A model generated the notes under the pieces. The model had not been told where the DNA came from. It worked only from the letters and a program-made list of their open reading frames with translations, and made no database searches. Positions 39,901 through 54,900 of a stretch of 64,000 nucleotides of DNA are shown piece after piece (positions within the stretch are counted from its first letter, which is position 1; the number at the start of each line of letters is the position of its first letter). The stretch is from Balanoglossus misakiensis (Eukaryota; Animalia; Hemichordata): contig CM082592.2 of assembly GCA_040954595.2 (NCBI GenBank), positions 10,796,017 to 10,860,016 of the forward strand, in the 5' to 3' direction. The position numbers were made by a program, and so were the translations under genes.

Positions 39901-42900
39901 TTTTCAATTGACTGATTAACACATCTCTCTGATTGACAGCGTGGCCAAAGCTTCACACCAGAAGGCTGTGAAGAGACCTGTGAATGCACAGTTGATGGAG
40001 AGACCAAATGTGAGCCCCTTGAATGCGGTGATAATGCCTACTGCGGTTACGATAGTCAAGACGACTATGGATGTCATTGTTACGCTGGGTACGAGCTGAT
40101 CGATGAGGAATGTCAACTGAGTAAGTACCTGTATGTGCTCTGATTTGCATTTTTCAACATTCCAAATGGCATCTACTGCATCAGAGACTTTGGCTGACAC
40201 TTTTTTAATTTTGTCCTGCTAGGATACTCTGAATGCACTGCTTGGGGAGATCCACACTACATTACCTTTGATGGCAAGAAATACAACTTCCAAGGAACTT
40301 GCAGATATATTTTAGCAACTTCCAACTGTAGCATCGGCAAGGAACCAGTATTTGGTGTGGAAGTGCAAAACCGCAAAGACAAGCCCAGTGACAAAGTCAG
40401 CTACACAAGAGAGGTCTACATTACAGTAGCAGGAGTGGTAGGTTCTGTGGTGGCTTTTCTCATCTTCTTTTGTACAATTACCACTATTTGCTCCACCACT
40501 TTGGATAACACTTAACTCTACGTATGCCTTTCACTTCACAGGAATATGCACTATTACAAGATGGACATGTAACAGTCGATGGCACAGATGTAACTCTACC
40601 CTATATGGACACAGATGATATGGTACTCATAAAATCTGCAGGCCGATATGTGGTAATGTCACTTGTTTCAATCTTGTCAATTCTAATAGGAGAGCTTTCA
40701 GAACTATACCGGTACTGTTCGTGCTGCCCAACCTTTATTGATTGTTTCCTTGTGCATTGATTTCAGAAACTTATCACTGATTTTGGACTTGTGGCACTCT
40801 GGGATACCAGTTCCAATATAGTTTTGTATGTACCACACACTTATTGGAACAGAACTTGCGGTCTATGTGGCACTCTTGATGGTGATGAGAACAATGACTT
40901 CCTCTCACCTGATGGATCACAGGTGAGTCACAATGAACTTTAGCAACTTTGTTAACAGCAAAACAAGTCAAGATATGAATGTCAAAGAATGCTTTCAGTA
41001 CATGTTTGTCTACCATCAACATGATGCATTTTCTGCCTTTGCTTGCAGCTTTTATCAGATGTCTCCTCTTTGATTTTTTCAGGCTGAAAACCAGTGGGAA
41101 TTTGGTAACAGTTGGCTTGCCGATGAGTGTGGGGTTATCCCAGAAGACCCAGAACCATGTAAAGATCTGGATGAGTTGATGTTTGCTGATACCAACAGAA
41201 GCTGTAGTCGTTTACTGGATCCCTTGGGTAGGCAAAATCTTTGATTTTGTCTTTGCACCTAAGTTGTCATTTCTTTTCCTCTTCAAGGGCACAATATCCC
41301 CCTGCCTCTCTGTTCATATGTGGAGTAATTAAAGCTATATTTGCTCGTATTTGCAGGTCCATTTGCTGGTTGCCACGACAGAGTAAACCCACGGCCCTAC
41401 TTTGAGACTTGTCTCTATGATATGTGTGCCTTGCCTGGAAACACTTCCCTGTGTGACAATCTCGAAGGCTATGCCAGAAGTTGTCAGGAGAACGGAGGAA
41501 GTCTTGAAGATTGGAGAAAGCTTCTGTGTCGTAAGTTATTAGCTATTGCTGCCATTTTAAAGCGCTTAGAATGACTGCAGAGTGCTTCATAACAGTTTTG
41601 CTGTCACACTATCAAAGTACCAAAGATTCTTTGATCAAACCACATAATGTATGATTCTTTCTCGCAGCCATTGAATGCAAGGCACCTGCAGTATACAAAT
41701 TGTTGACATCTGCCTGCCCTGCTACCTGTCGCAATCCAAATGCTGGGAGAAGGTGCTCTGAAAAACCACTTGAAGGATGTGAGTGTCCTGAGGGAACACT
41801 TTTGGATGGAGATAGATGTGTGCCACCTGACCATTGTGGTTGTAGATATAAAGGAAAAATCTATGAGGTACGTATCCTACCAGTGTTGTCAACTTTCACA
41901 CAAAAGAGTGCATGCCATCATTCTTCGCATTGCACGACTGAAACTGCCTTCATCTTTTTCAATTGACTGATTAACACATCTCTCTGATTGACAGCGTGGC
42001 CAAAGCTTCACACCAGAAGGCTGTGAAGAGACCTGTGAATGCACAGTTGATGGAGAGACCAAATGTGAGCCCCTTGAATGCGGTGATAATGCCTACTGCG
42101 GTTACGATAGTCAAGACGACTATGGATGTCATTGTTACGCTGGGTACGAGCTGATCGATGAGGAATGTCAACTGAGTAAGTACCTGTATGTGCTCTGATT
42201 TGCATTTTTCAACATTCCAAATGGCATCTACTGCATCAGAGACTTTGGCTGACACTTTTTTAATTTTGTCCTGCTAGGATACTCTGAATGCACTGCTTGG
42301 GGAGATCCACACTACATTACCTTTGATGGCAAGAAATACAACTTCCAAGGAACTTGCAGATATATTTTAGCAACTTCCAACTGTAGCATCGGCAAGGAAC
42401 CAGTATTTGGTGTGGAAGTGCAAAACCGCAAAGACAAGCCCAGTGACAAAGTCAGCTACACAAGAGAGGTCTACATTACAGTAGCAGGAGTGGTAGGTTC
42501 TGTGGTGGCTTTTCTCATCTTCTTTTGTACAATTACCACTATTTGCTCCACCACTTTGGATAACACTTAACTCTACGTATGCCTTTCACTTCACAGGAAT
42601 ATGCACTATTACAAGATGGACATGTAACAGTCGATGGCACAGATGTAACTCTACCCTATATGGACACAGATGATATGGTACTCATAAAATCTGCAGGCCG
42701 ATATGTGGTAATGTCACTTGTTTCAATCTTGTCAATTCTAATAGGAGAGCTTTCAGAACTATACCGGTACTGTTCGTGCTGCCCAACCTTTATTGATTGT
42801 TTCCTTGTGCATTGATTTCAGAAACTTATCACTGATTTTGGACTTGTGGCACTCTGGGATACCAGTTCCAATATAGTTTTGTATGTACCACACACTTATT

Positions 42901-45900
42901 GGAACAGAACTTGCGGTCTATGTGGCACTCTTGATGGTGATGAGAACAATGACTTCCTCTCACCTGATGGATCACAGGTGAGTCACAATGAACTTTAGCA
43001 ACTTTGTTAACAGCAAAACAAGTCAAGATATGAATGTCAAAGAATGCTTTCAGTACATGTTTGTCTACCATCAACATGATGCATTTTCTGCCTTTGCTTG
43101 CAGCTTTTATCAGATGTCTCCTCTTTGATTTTTTCAGGCTGAAAACCAGTGGGAATTTGGTAACAGTTGGCTTGCCGATGAGTGTGGGGTTATCCCAGAA
43201 GACCCAGAACCATGTAAAGATCTGGATGAGTTGATGTTTGCTGATACCAACAGAAGCTGTAGTCGTTTACTGGATCCCTTGGGTAGGCAAAATCTTTGAT
43301 TTTGTCTTTGCACCTAAGTTGTCATTTCTTTTCCTCTTCAAGGGCACAATATCCCCCTGCCTCTCTGTTCATATGTGGAGTAATTAAAGCTATATTTGCT
43401 CGTATTTGCAGGTCCATTTGCTGGTTGCCACGACAGAGTAAACCCACGGCCCTACTTTGAGACTTGTCTCTATGATATGTGTGCCTTGCCTGGAAACACT
43501 TCCCTGTGTGACAATCTCGAAGGCTATGCCAGAAGTTGTCAGGAGAACGGAGGAAGTCTTGAAGATTGGAGAAAGCTTCTGTGTCGTAAGTTATTAGCTA
43601 TTGCTGCCATTTTAAAGCGCTTAGAATGACTGCAGAGTGCTTCATAACAGTTTTGCTGTCACACTATCAAAGTACCAAAGATTCTTTGATCAAACCACAT
43701 AATGTATGATTCTTTCTCGCAGCCATTGAATGCAAGGCACCTGCAGTATACAAATTGTTGACATCTGCCTGCCCTGCTACCTGTCACAATCCAAATGCTG
43801 GGAGAAGGTGCTCTGAAAAACCACTTGAAGGATGTGAGTGTCCTGAGGGAACACTTTTGGATGGAGATAGATGTGTGCCACCTGACCATTGTGGTTGTAG
43901 ATATAAAGGAAAAATCTATGAGGTACGTATCCTACCAGTGTTGTCAACTTTCACACAAAAGAGTGCATGCCATCATTCTTCGCATTGCACGACTGAAACT
44001 GCCTTCATCTTTTTCAATTGACTGATTAACACATCTCTCTGATTGACAGCGTGGCCAAAGCTTCACACCAGAAGGCTGTGAAGAGACCTGTGAATGCACA
44101 GTTGATGGAGAGACCAAATGTGAGCCCCTTGAATGTGGTGCTAATGCCTACTGCGGTTACGATAGTCAAGACGACTATGGATGTCATTGTTACGCTGGGT
44201 ACGAGCTGATCGATGAGGAATGTCAACTGAGTAAGTACCTGTATGTGCTCTGATTTGCATTTTTCAACATTCCAAATGGCATCTACTGCATCAGAGACTT
44301 TGGCTGACACTTTTTTAATTTTGTCCTGCTAGGATACTCTGAATGCACTGCTTGGGGAGATCCACACTACATTACCTTTGATGGCAAGAAATACAACTTC
44401 CAAGGAACTTGCAGATATATTTTAGCAACTTCCAACTGTAGCATCGGCAAGGAACCAGTATTTGGTGTGGAAGTGCAAAACCGCAAAGACAAGCCCAGTG
44501 ACAAAGTCAGCTACACAAGAGAGGTCTACATTACAGTAGCAGGAGTGGTAGGTTCTGTGGTGGCTTTTCTCATCTTCTTTTGTACAATTACCACTATTTG
44601 CTCCACCACTTTGGATAACACTTAACTCTACGTATGCCTTTCACTTCACAGGAATATGCACTATTACAAGATGGACATGTAACAGTCGATGGCACAGATG
44701 TAACTCTACCCTATATGGACACAGATGATATGGTACTCATAAAATCTGCAGGCCGATATGTGGTAATGTCACTTGTTTCAATCTTGTCAATTCTAATAGG
44801 AGAGCTTTCAGAACTATACCGGTACTGTTCGTGCTGCCCAACCTTTATTGATTGTTTCCTTGTGCATTGATTTCAGAAACTTATCACTGATTTTGGACTT
44901 GTGGCACTCTGGGATACCAGTTCCAATATAGTTTTGTATGTACCACACACTTATTGGAACAGAACTTGCGGTCTATGTGGCACTCTTGATGGTGATGAGA
45001 ACAATGACTTCCTCTCACCTGATGGATCACAGGTGAGTCACAATGAACTTTAGCAACTTTGTTAACAGCAAAACAAGTCAAGATATGAATGTCAAAGAAT
45101 GCTTTCAGTACATGTTTGTCTACCATCAACATGATGCATTTTCTGCCTTTGCTTGCAGCTTTTATCAGATGTCTCCTCTTTGATTTTTTTCAGGCTGAAA
45201 ACGAGTTTGAATTTGGTAACAGTTGGCTTGCCGATGAGTGTGGGGTTATCCCAGAAGACCCAGAACCATGTAAAGATCTGGATGAGTTGATGTTTGCTGA
45301 TACCAACAGAAGCTGTAGTCGTTTACTGGATCCCTTGGGTAGGCAAAATCTTTGATTTTGTCTTTGCACCTAAGTTGTCATTTCTTTTCCTCTTCAAGGG
45401 CACAATATCCCCCTGCCTCTCTGTTCATATGTGGAGTAATTAAAGCTATATTTGCTCGTATTTGCAGGTCCATTTGCTGGTTGCCACGACAGAGTAAACC
45501 CACGGCCCTACTTTGAGACTTGTCTCTATGATATGTGTGCCTTGCCTGGAAACACTTCCCTGTGTGACAATCTCGAAGGCTATGCCAGAAGTTGTCAGGA
45601 GAACGGAGGAAGTCTTGAAGATTGGAGAAAGCTTCTGTGTCGTAAGTTACTAGCTATTGCTGCCATTTTAAAGCGCTTAGAATGACTGCAGAGTGCTTCA
45701 TAACAGTTTTGCTGTCACACTATCAAAGTACCAAAAATTCTTTGATCAAACCACATAATGTATGATTCTTTCTCGCAGCCATTGAATGCAAGGCACCTGC
45801 AGTATACAAATTGTTGACATCTGCCTGCCCTGCTACCTGTCGCAATCCAAATGCGGGGAGAAGGTGCTCTGAAAAACCACTTGAAGGATGTGAGTGTCCT

Positions 45901-48900
45901 GAGGGAACACTTTTGGATGGAGATAGATGTGTGCCACCTGACCATTGTGGTTGTAGATATAAAAGAAAAATCTATGAGGTACGTATCCTACCAGTGTTGT
46001 CAACTTTCACACAAAAGAGTGCATGCCATCATTCTTCGCATTGCACGACTGAAACTGCCTTCATCTTTTTCAATTGACTGATTAACACATCTCTCTGATT
46101 GACAGCGTGGCCAAAGCTTCACACCAGAAGGCTGTGAAGAGACCTGTGAATGCACAGTTGATGGAGAGACCAAATGTGAGCCCCTTGAATGCGGTGATAA
46201 TGCCTACTGCGGTTACGATAGTCAAGACGACTATGGATGTCATTGTTACGCTGGGTACGAGCTGATCGATGAGGAATGTCAACTGAGTAAGTACCTGTAT
46301 GTGCTCTGATTTGCATTTTTCAACATTCCAAATGGCATCTACTGCATCAGAGACTTTGGCTGACACTTTTTTAATTTTGTCCTGCTAGGATACTCTGAAT
46401 GCACTGCTTGGGGAGATCCACACTACATTACCTTTGATGGCAAGAAATACAACTTCCAAGGAACTTGCAGATATATTTTAGCAACTTCCAACTGTAGCAT
46501 CAGCAAGGAACCAGTATTTGGTGTGGAAGTGCAAAACCGCAAAGACAAGCCCAGTGACTTAGTCAGCTACACAAGAGAGGTCTACATTACAGTAGCAGGA
46601 GTGGTAGGTTCTGTGGTGGCTTTTCTCATCTTCTTTTGTACAATTACCACTATTTGCTCCACCACTTTGGATAACACTTAACTCTACGTATGCCTTTCAC
46701 TTCACAGGAATATGCACTATTACAAGATGGACATGTAACAGTCGATGGCACAGATGTAACTCTACCCTATATGGACACAGATGATATGGTACTCATAAAA
46801 TCTGCAGGCCGATATGTGGTAATGTCACTTGTTTCAATCTTGTCAATTCTAATAGGAGAGCTTTCAGAACTATACCGGTACTGTTCGTGCTGCCCAACCT
46901 TTATTGATTGTTTCCTTGTGCATTGATTTCAGAAACTTATCACTGATTTTGGACTTGTGGCACTCTGGGATACCAGTTCCAATATAGTTTTGTATGTACC
47001 ACACACTTATTGGAACAGAACTTGCGGTCTATGTGGCACTCTTGATGGTGATGAGAACAATGACTTCCTCTCACCTGATGGATCACAGGTGAGTCACAAT
47101 GAACTTTAGCAACTTTGTTAACAGCAAAACAAGTCAAGATATGAATGTCAAAGAATGCTTTCAGTACATGTTTGTCTACCATCAACATGATGCATTTTCT
47201 GCCTTTGCTTGCAGCTTTTATCAGATGTCTCCTCTTTGATTTTTTCAGGCTGAAAACCAGTGGGAATTTGGTAACAGTTGGCTTGCCGATGAGTGTGGGG
47301 TTATCCCAGAAGACCCAGAACCATGTAAAGATCTGGATGAGTTGATGTTTGCTGATACCAACAGAAGCTGTAGTCGTTTACTGGATCCCTTGGGTAGGCA
47401 AAATCTTTGATTTTGTCTTTGCACCTAAGTTGTCATTTCTTTTCCTCTTCAAGGGCACAATATCCCCCTGCCTCTCTGTTCATATGTGGAGTAATTAAAG
47501 CTATATTTGCTCGTATTTGCAGGTCCATTTGCTGGTTGCCACGACAGAGTAAACCCACGGCCCTACTTTGAGACTTGTCTCTATGATATGTGTGCCTTGC
47601 CTGGAAACACTTCCCTGTGTGACAATCTCGAAGGCTATGCCAGAAGTTGTCAGGAGAACGGAGGAAGTCTTGAAGATTGGAGAAAGCTTCTGTGTCGTAA
47701 GTTATTAGCTATTGCTGCCATTTTAAAGCGCTTAGAATGACTGCAGAGTGCTTCATAACAGTTTTGCTGTCACACTATCAAAGTACCAAAGATTCTTTGA
47801 TCAAACCACATAATGTATGATTCTTTCTCGCAGCCATTGAATGCAAGGCACCTGCAGTATACAAATTGTTGACATCTGCCTGCCCTGCTACCTGTCGCAA
47901 TCCAAATGCTGGGAGAAGGTGCTCTGAAAAACCACTTGAAGGATGTGAGTGTCCTGAGGGAACACTTTTGGATGGAGATAGATGTGTGCCACCTGACCAT
48001 TGTGGTTGTAGATATAAAGGAAAAATCTATGAGGTACGTATCCTACCAGTGTTGTCAACTTTCACACAAAAGAGTGCATGCCATCATTCTTCGCATTGCA
48101 CGACTGAAACTGCCTTCATCTTTTTCAATTGACTGATTAACACATCTCTCTGATTGACAGCGTGGCCAAAGCTTCACACCAGAAGGCTGTGAAGAGACCT
48201 GTGAATGCACAGTTGATGGAGAGACCAAATGTGAGCCCCTTGAATGTGGTGATAATGCCTACTGCGGTTACGATAGTCAAGACGACTATGGATGTCATTG
48301 TTACGCTGGGTACGAGCTGATCGATGAGGAATGTCAACTGAGTAAGTACCTGTATGTGCTCTGATTTGCATTTTTCAACATTCCAAATGGCATGTACTGC
48401 ATCAGAGACTTTGGCTGACACTTTTTTAATTTTGTCCTGCTAGGATACTCTGAATGCACTGCTTGGGGAGATCCACACTACATTACCTTTGATGGCAAGA
48501 AATACAACTTCCAAGGAACTTGCAGATATATTTTAGCAACTTCCAACTGTAGCATCGGCAAGGAACCAGTATTTGGTGTGGAAGTGCAAAACCGCAAAGA
48601 CAAGCCCAGTGACAAAGTCAGCTACACAAGAGAGGTCTACATTACAGTAGCAGGAGTGGTAGGTTCTGTGGTGGCTTTTCTCATCTTCTTTTGTACAATT
48701 ACCACTATTTGCTCCACCACTTTGGATAACACTTAACTCTACGTATGCCTTTCACTTCACAGGAATATGCACTATTACAAGATGGACATGTAACAGTCGA
48801 TGGCACAGATGTAACTCTACCCTATATGGACACAGATGATATGGTACTCATAAAATCTGCAGGCCGATATGTGGTAATGTCACTTGTTTCAATCTTGTCA

Positions 48901-51900
48901 ATTCTAATAGGAGAGCTTTCAGAACTATACCGGTACTGTTCGTGCTGCCCAACCTTTATTGATTGTTTCCTTGTGCATTGATTTCAGAAACTTATCACTG
49001 ATTTTGGACTTGTGGCACTCTGGGATACCAGTTCCAATATAGTTTTGTATGTACCACACACTTATTGGAACAGAACTTGCGGTCTATGTGGCACTCTTGA
49101 TGGTGATGAGAACAATGACTTCCTCTCACCTGATGGATCACAGGTGAGTCACAATGAACTTTAGCAACTTTGTTAACAGCAAAACAAGTCAAGATATGAA
49201 TGTCAAAGAATGCTTTCAGTACATGTTTGTCTACCATCAACATGATGCATTTTCTGCCTTTGCTTGCAGCTTTTATCAGATGTCTCATCTTTGATTTTTT
49301 TCAGGCTGAAAACGAGTTTGAATTTGGTAACAGTTGGCTTGCCGATGAGTGTGGGGTTATCCCAGAAGACCCAGAACCATGTAAAGATCTGGATGAGTTG
49401 ATGTTTGCTGATACCAACAGAAGCTGTAGTCGTTTACTGGATCCCTTGGGTAGGCAAAATCTTTGATTTTGTCTTTGCACCTAAGTTGTCATTTCTTTTC
49501 CTCTTCAAGGGCACAATATCCCCCTGCCTCTCTGTTCATATGTGGAGTAATTAAAGCTATATTTGCTCGTATTTGCAGGTCCATTTGCTGGTTGCCACGA
49601 CAGAGTAAACCCACGGCCCTACTTTGAGACTTGTCTCTATGATATGTGTGCCTTGCCTGGAAACACTTCCCTGTGTGACAATCTCGAAGGCTATGCCAGA
49701 AGTTGTCAGGAGAACGGAGGAAGTCTTGAAGATTGGAGAAAGCTTCTGTGTCGTAAGTTATTAGCTATTGCTGCCATTTTAAAGCGCTTAGAATGACTGC
49801 AGAGTGCTTCATAACAGTTTTGCTGTCACACTATCAAAGTACCAAAGATTCTTTGATCAAACCAGATAATGTATGATTCTTTCTCGCAGCCATTGAATGC
49901 AAGGCACCTGCAGTATACAAATTGTTGACATCTGCCTGCCCTGCTACCTGTCGCAATCCAAATGCTGGGAGAAGGTGCTCTGAAAAACCACTTGAAGGAT
50001 GTGAGTGTCCTGAGGGAACACTTTTGGATGGAGATAGATGTGTGCCACCTGACCATTGTGGTTGTAGATATAAAGGAAAAATCTATGAGGTACGTATCCT
50101 ACCAGTGTTGTCAACTTTCACACAAAAGAGTGCATGCCATCATTCTTCGCATTGCACGACTGAAACTGCCTTCATCTTTTTCAATTGACTGATTAACACA
50201 TCTCTCTGATTGACAGCGTGGCCAAAGCTTCACACCAGAAGGCTGTGAAGAGACCTGTGAATGCACAGTTGATGGAGAGACCAAATGTGAGCCCCTTGAA
50301 TGTGGTGATAATGCCTACTGCGGTTACGATAGTCAAGACGACTATGGATGTCATTGTTACGCTGGGTACGAGCTGATCGATGAGGAATGTCAACTGAGTA
50401 AGTACCTGTATGTGCTCTGATTTGCATTTTTCAACATTCCAAATGGCATCTACTGCATCAGAGACTTTGGCTGACACTTTTTTAATTTTGTCCTGCTAGG
50501 ATACTCTGAATGCACTGCTTGGGGAGATCCACACTACATTACCTTTGATGGCAAGAAATACAACTTCCAAGGAACTTGCAGATATATTTTAGCAACTTCC
50601 AACTGTAGCATCAGCAAGGAACCAGTATTTGGTGTGGAAGTGCAAAACCGCAAAGACAAGCCCAGTGACAAAGTCAGCTACACAAGAGAGGTCTACATTA
50701 CAGTAGCAGGAGTGGTAGGTTCTGTGGTGGCTTTTCTCATCTTCTTTTGTACAATTACCACTATTTGCTCCACCACTTTGGATAACACTTAACTCTACGT
50801 ATGCCTTTCACTTCACAGGAATATGCACTATTACAAGATGGACATGTAACAGTCGATGGCACAGATGTAACTCTACCCTATATGGACACAGATGATATGG
50901 TACTCATAAAATCTGCAGGCCGATATGTGGTAATGTCACTTGTTTCAATCTTGTCAATTCTAATAGGAGAGCTTTCAGAACTATACCGGTACTGTTCGTG
51001 CTGCCCAACCTTTATTGATTGTTTCCTTGTGCATTGATTTCAGAAACTTATCACTGATTTTGGACTTGTGGCACTCTGGGATACCAGTTCCAATATAGTT
51101 TTGTATGTACCACACACTTATTGGAACAGAACTTGCGGTCTATGTGGCACTCTTGATGGTGATGAGAACAATGACTTCCTCTCACCTGATGGATCACAGG
51201 TGAGTCACAATGAACTTTAGCAACTTTGTTAACAGCAAAACAAGTCAAGATATGAATGTCAAAGAATGCTTTCAGTACATGTTTGTCTACCATCAACATG
51301 ATGCATTTTCTGCCTTTGCTTGCAGCTTTTATCAGATGTCTCCTCTTTGATTTTTTCAGGCTGAAAACCAGTGGGAATTTGGTAACAGTTGGCTTTCCGA
51401 TGAGTGTGGGGTTATCCCAGAAGACCCAGAACCATGTAAAGATCTGGATGAGTTGATGTTTGCTGATACCAACAGAAGCTGTAGTCGTTTACTGGATCCC
51501 TTGGGTAGGCAAAATCTTTGATTTTGTCTTTGCACCTAAGTTGTCATTTCTTTTCCTCTTCAAGGGCACAATATCCCCCTGCCTCTCTGTTCATATGTGG
51601 AGTAATTAAAGCTATATTTGCTCGTATTTGCAGGTCCATTTGCTGGTTGCCACGACAGAGTAAACCCACGGCCCTACTTTGAGACTTGTCTCTATGATAT
51701 GTGTGCCTTGCCTGGAAACACTTCCCTGTGTGACAATCTCGAAGGCTATGCCAGAAGTTGTCAGGAGAACGGAGGAAGTCTTGAAGATTGGAGAAAGCTT
51801 CTGTGTCGTAAGTTACTAGCTATTGCTGCCATTTTAAAGCGCTTAGAATGACTGCAGAGTGCTTCATAACAGTTTTGCTGTCACACTATCAAAGTACCAA

Positions 51901-54900
51901 AAATTCTTTGATCAAACCACATAATGTATGATTCTTTCTCGCAGCCATTGAATGCAAGGCACCTGCAGTATACAAATTGTTGACATCTGCCTGCCCTGCT
52001 ACCTGTCGCAATCCAAATGCGGGGAGAAGGTGCTCTGAAAAACCACTTGAAGGATGTGAGTGTCCTGAGGGAACATTTTTGGATGGAGATAGATGTGTGC
52101 CACCTGACCATTGTGGTTGTAGATATAAAGGAAAAATCTATGAGGTACGTATCCTACCAGTGTTGTCAACTTTCACACAAAAGAGTGCATGCCATCATTC
52201 TTCGCATTGCACGACTGAAACTGCCTTCATCTTTTTCAATTGACTGATTAACACATCTCTCTGATTGACAGCGTGGCCAAAGCTTCACACCAGAAGGCTG
52301 TGAAGAGACCTGTGAATGCACAGTTGATGGAGAGACCAAATGTGAGCCCCTTGAATGTGGTGATAATGCCTACTGCGGTTACGATAGTCAAGACGACTAT
52401 GGATGTCATTGTTACGCTGGGTACGAGCTGATCGATGAGGAATGTCAACTGAGTAAGTACCTGTATGTGCTCTGATTTGCATTTTTCAACATTCCAAATG
52501 GCATCTACTGCATCAGAGACTTTGGCTGACACTTTTTTAATTTTGTCCTGCTAGGATACTCTGAATGCACTGCTTGGGGAGATCCACACTACATTACCTT
52601 TGATGGCAAGAAATACAACTTCCAAGGAACTTGCAGATATATTTTAGCAACTTCCAACTGTAGCATCGGCAAGGAACCAGTATTTGGTGTGGAAGTGCAA
52701 AACCGCAAAGACAAGCCCAGTGACTTAGTCAGCTACACAAGAGAGGTCTACATTACAGTAGCAGGAGTGGTAGGTTCTGTGGTGGCTTTTCTCATCTTCT
52801 TTTGTACAATTACCACTATTTGCTCCACCACTTTGGATAACACTTAACTCTACGTATGCCTTTCACTTCACAGGAATATGCACTATTACAAGATGGACAT
52901 GTAACAGTCGATGGCACAGATGTAACTCTACCCTATATGGACACAGATGATATGGTACTCATAAAATCTGCAGGCCGATATGTGGTAATGTCACTTGTTT
53001 CAATCTTGTCAATTCTAATAGGAGAGCTTTCAGAACTATACCGGTACTGTTCGTGCTGCCCAACCTTTATTGATTGTTTCCTTGTGCATTGATTTCAGAA
53101 ACTTATCACTGATTTTGGACTTGTGGCACTCTGGGATACCAGTTCCGATATAGTTTTGTATGTACCACACACTTATTGGAACAGAACTTGCGGTCTATGT
53201 GGCACTCTTGATGGTGATGAGAACAATGACTTCCTCTCACCTGATGGATCACAGGTGAGTCACAATGAACTTTAGCAACTTTGTTAACAGCAAAACAAGT
53301 CAAGATATGAATGTCAAAGAATGCTTTCAGTACATGTTTGTCTACCATCAACATGATGCATTTTCTGCCTTTGCTTGCAGCTTTTATCAGATGTCTCCTC
53401 TTTGATTTTTTTCAGGCTGAAAACGAGTTTGAATTTGGTAACAGTTGGCTTGCCGATGAGTGTGGGGTTATCCCAGAAGACCCAGAACCATGTAAAGATC
53501 TGGATGAGTTGATGTTTGCTGATACCAACAGAAGCTGTAGTCGTTTACTGGATCCCTTGGGTAGGCAAAATCTTTGATTTTGTCTTTGCACCTAAGTTGT
53601 CATTTCTTTTCCTCTTCAAGGGCACAATATCCCCCTGCCTCTCTGTTCATATGTGGAGTAATTAAAGCTATATTTGCTCGTATTTGCAGGTCCATTTGCT
53701 GGTTGCCACGACAGAGTAAACCCACGGCCCTACTTTGAGACTTGTCTCTATGATATGTGTGCCTTGCCTGGAAACACTTCCCTGTGTGACAATCTCGAAG
53801 GCTATGCCAGAAGTTGTCAGGAGAACGGAGGAAGTCTTGAAGATTGGAGAAAGCTTCTGTGTCGTAAGTTATTAGCTATTGCTGCCATTTTAAAGCGCTT
53901 AGAATGACTGCAGAGTGCTTCATAACAGTTTTGCTGTCACACTATCAAAGTACCAAAGATTCTTTGATCAAACCAGATAATGTATGATTCTTTCTCGCAG
54001 CCATTGAATGCAAGGCACCTGCAGTATACAAATTGTTGACATCTGCCTGCCCTGCTACCTGTCGCAATCCAAATGCGGGGAGAAGGTGCTCTGAAAAACC
54101 ACTTGAAGGATGTGAGTGTCCTGAGGGAACACTTTTGGATGGAGATAGATGTGTGCCACCTGACCATTGTGGTTGTAGATATAAAGGAAAAATCTATGAG
54201 GTACGTATCCTACCAGTGTTGTCAACTTTCACACAAAAGAGTGCATGCCATCATTCTTCGCATTGCACGACTGAAACTGCCTTCATCTTTTTCAATTGAC
54301 TGATTAACACATCTCTCTGATTGACAGCGTGGCCAAAGCTTCACACCAGAAGGCTGTGAAGAGACCTGTGAATGCACAGTTGATGGAGAGACCAAATGTG
54401 AGCCCCTTGAATGTGGTGATAATGCCTACTGCGGTTACGATAGTCAAGACGACTATGGATGTCATTGTTACGCTGGGTACGAGCTGATCGATGAGGAATG
54501 TCAACTGAGTAAGTACCTGTATGTGCTCTGATTTGCATTTTTCAACATTCCAAATGGCATGTACTGCATCAGAGACTTTGGCTGACACTTTTTTAATTTT
54601 GTCCTGCTAGGATACTCTGAATGCACTGCTTGGGGAGATCCACACTACATTACCTTTGATGGCAAGAAATACAACTTCCAAGGAACTTGCAGATATATTT
54701 TAGCAACTTCCAACTGTAGCATCGGCAAGGAACCAGTATTTGGTGTGGAAGTGCAAAACCGCAAAGACAAGCCCAGTGACAAAGTCAGCTACACAAGAGA
54801 GGTCTACATTACAGTAGCAGGAGTGGTAGGTTCTGTGGTGGCTTTTCTCATCTTCTTTTGTACAATTACCACTATTTGCTCCACCACTTTGGATAACACT

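Noticed and set aside
45089-45355. Apparent frameshift in copies 6, 8 and 10 (ORF track changes frame)
   Set aside because: The extra T lies in the intron polypyrimidine tract before the AG, so the spliced frame is unchanged. The 5 bp insertion in copy 12 (~56967) is also intronic.
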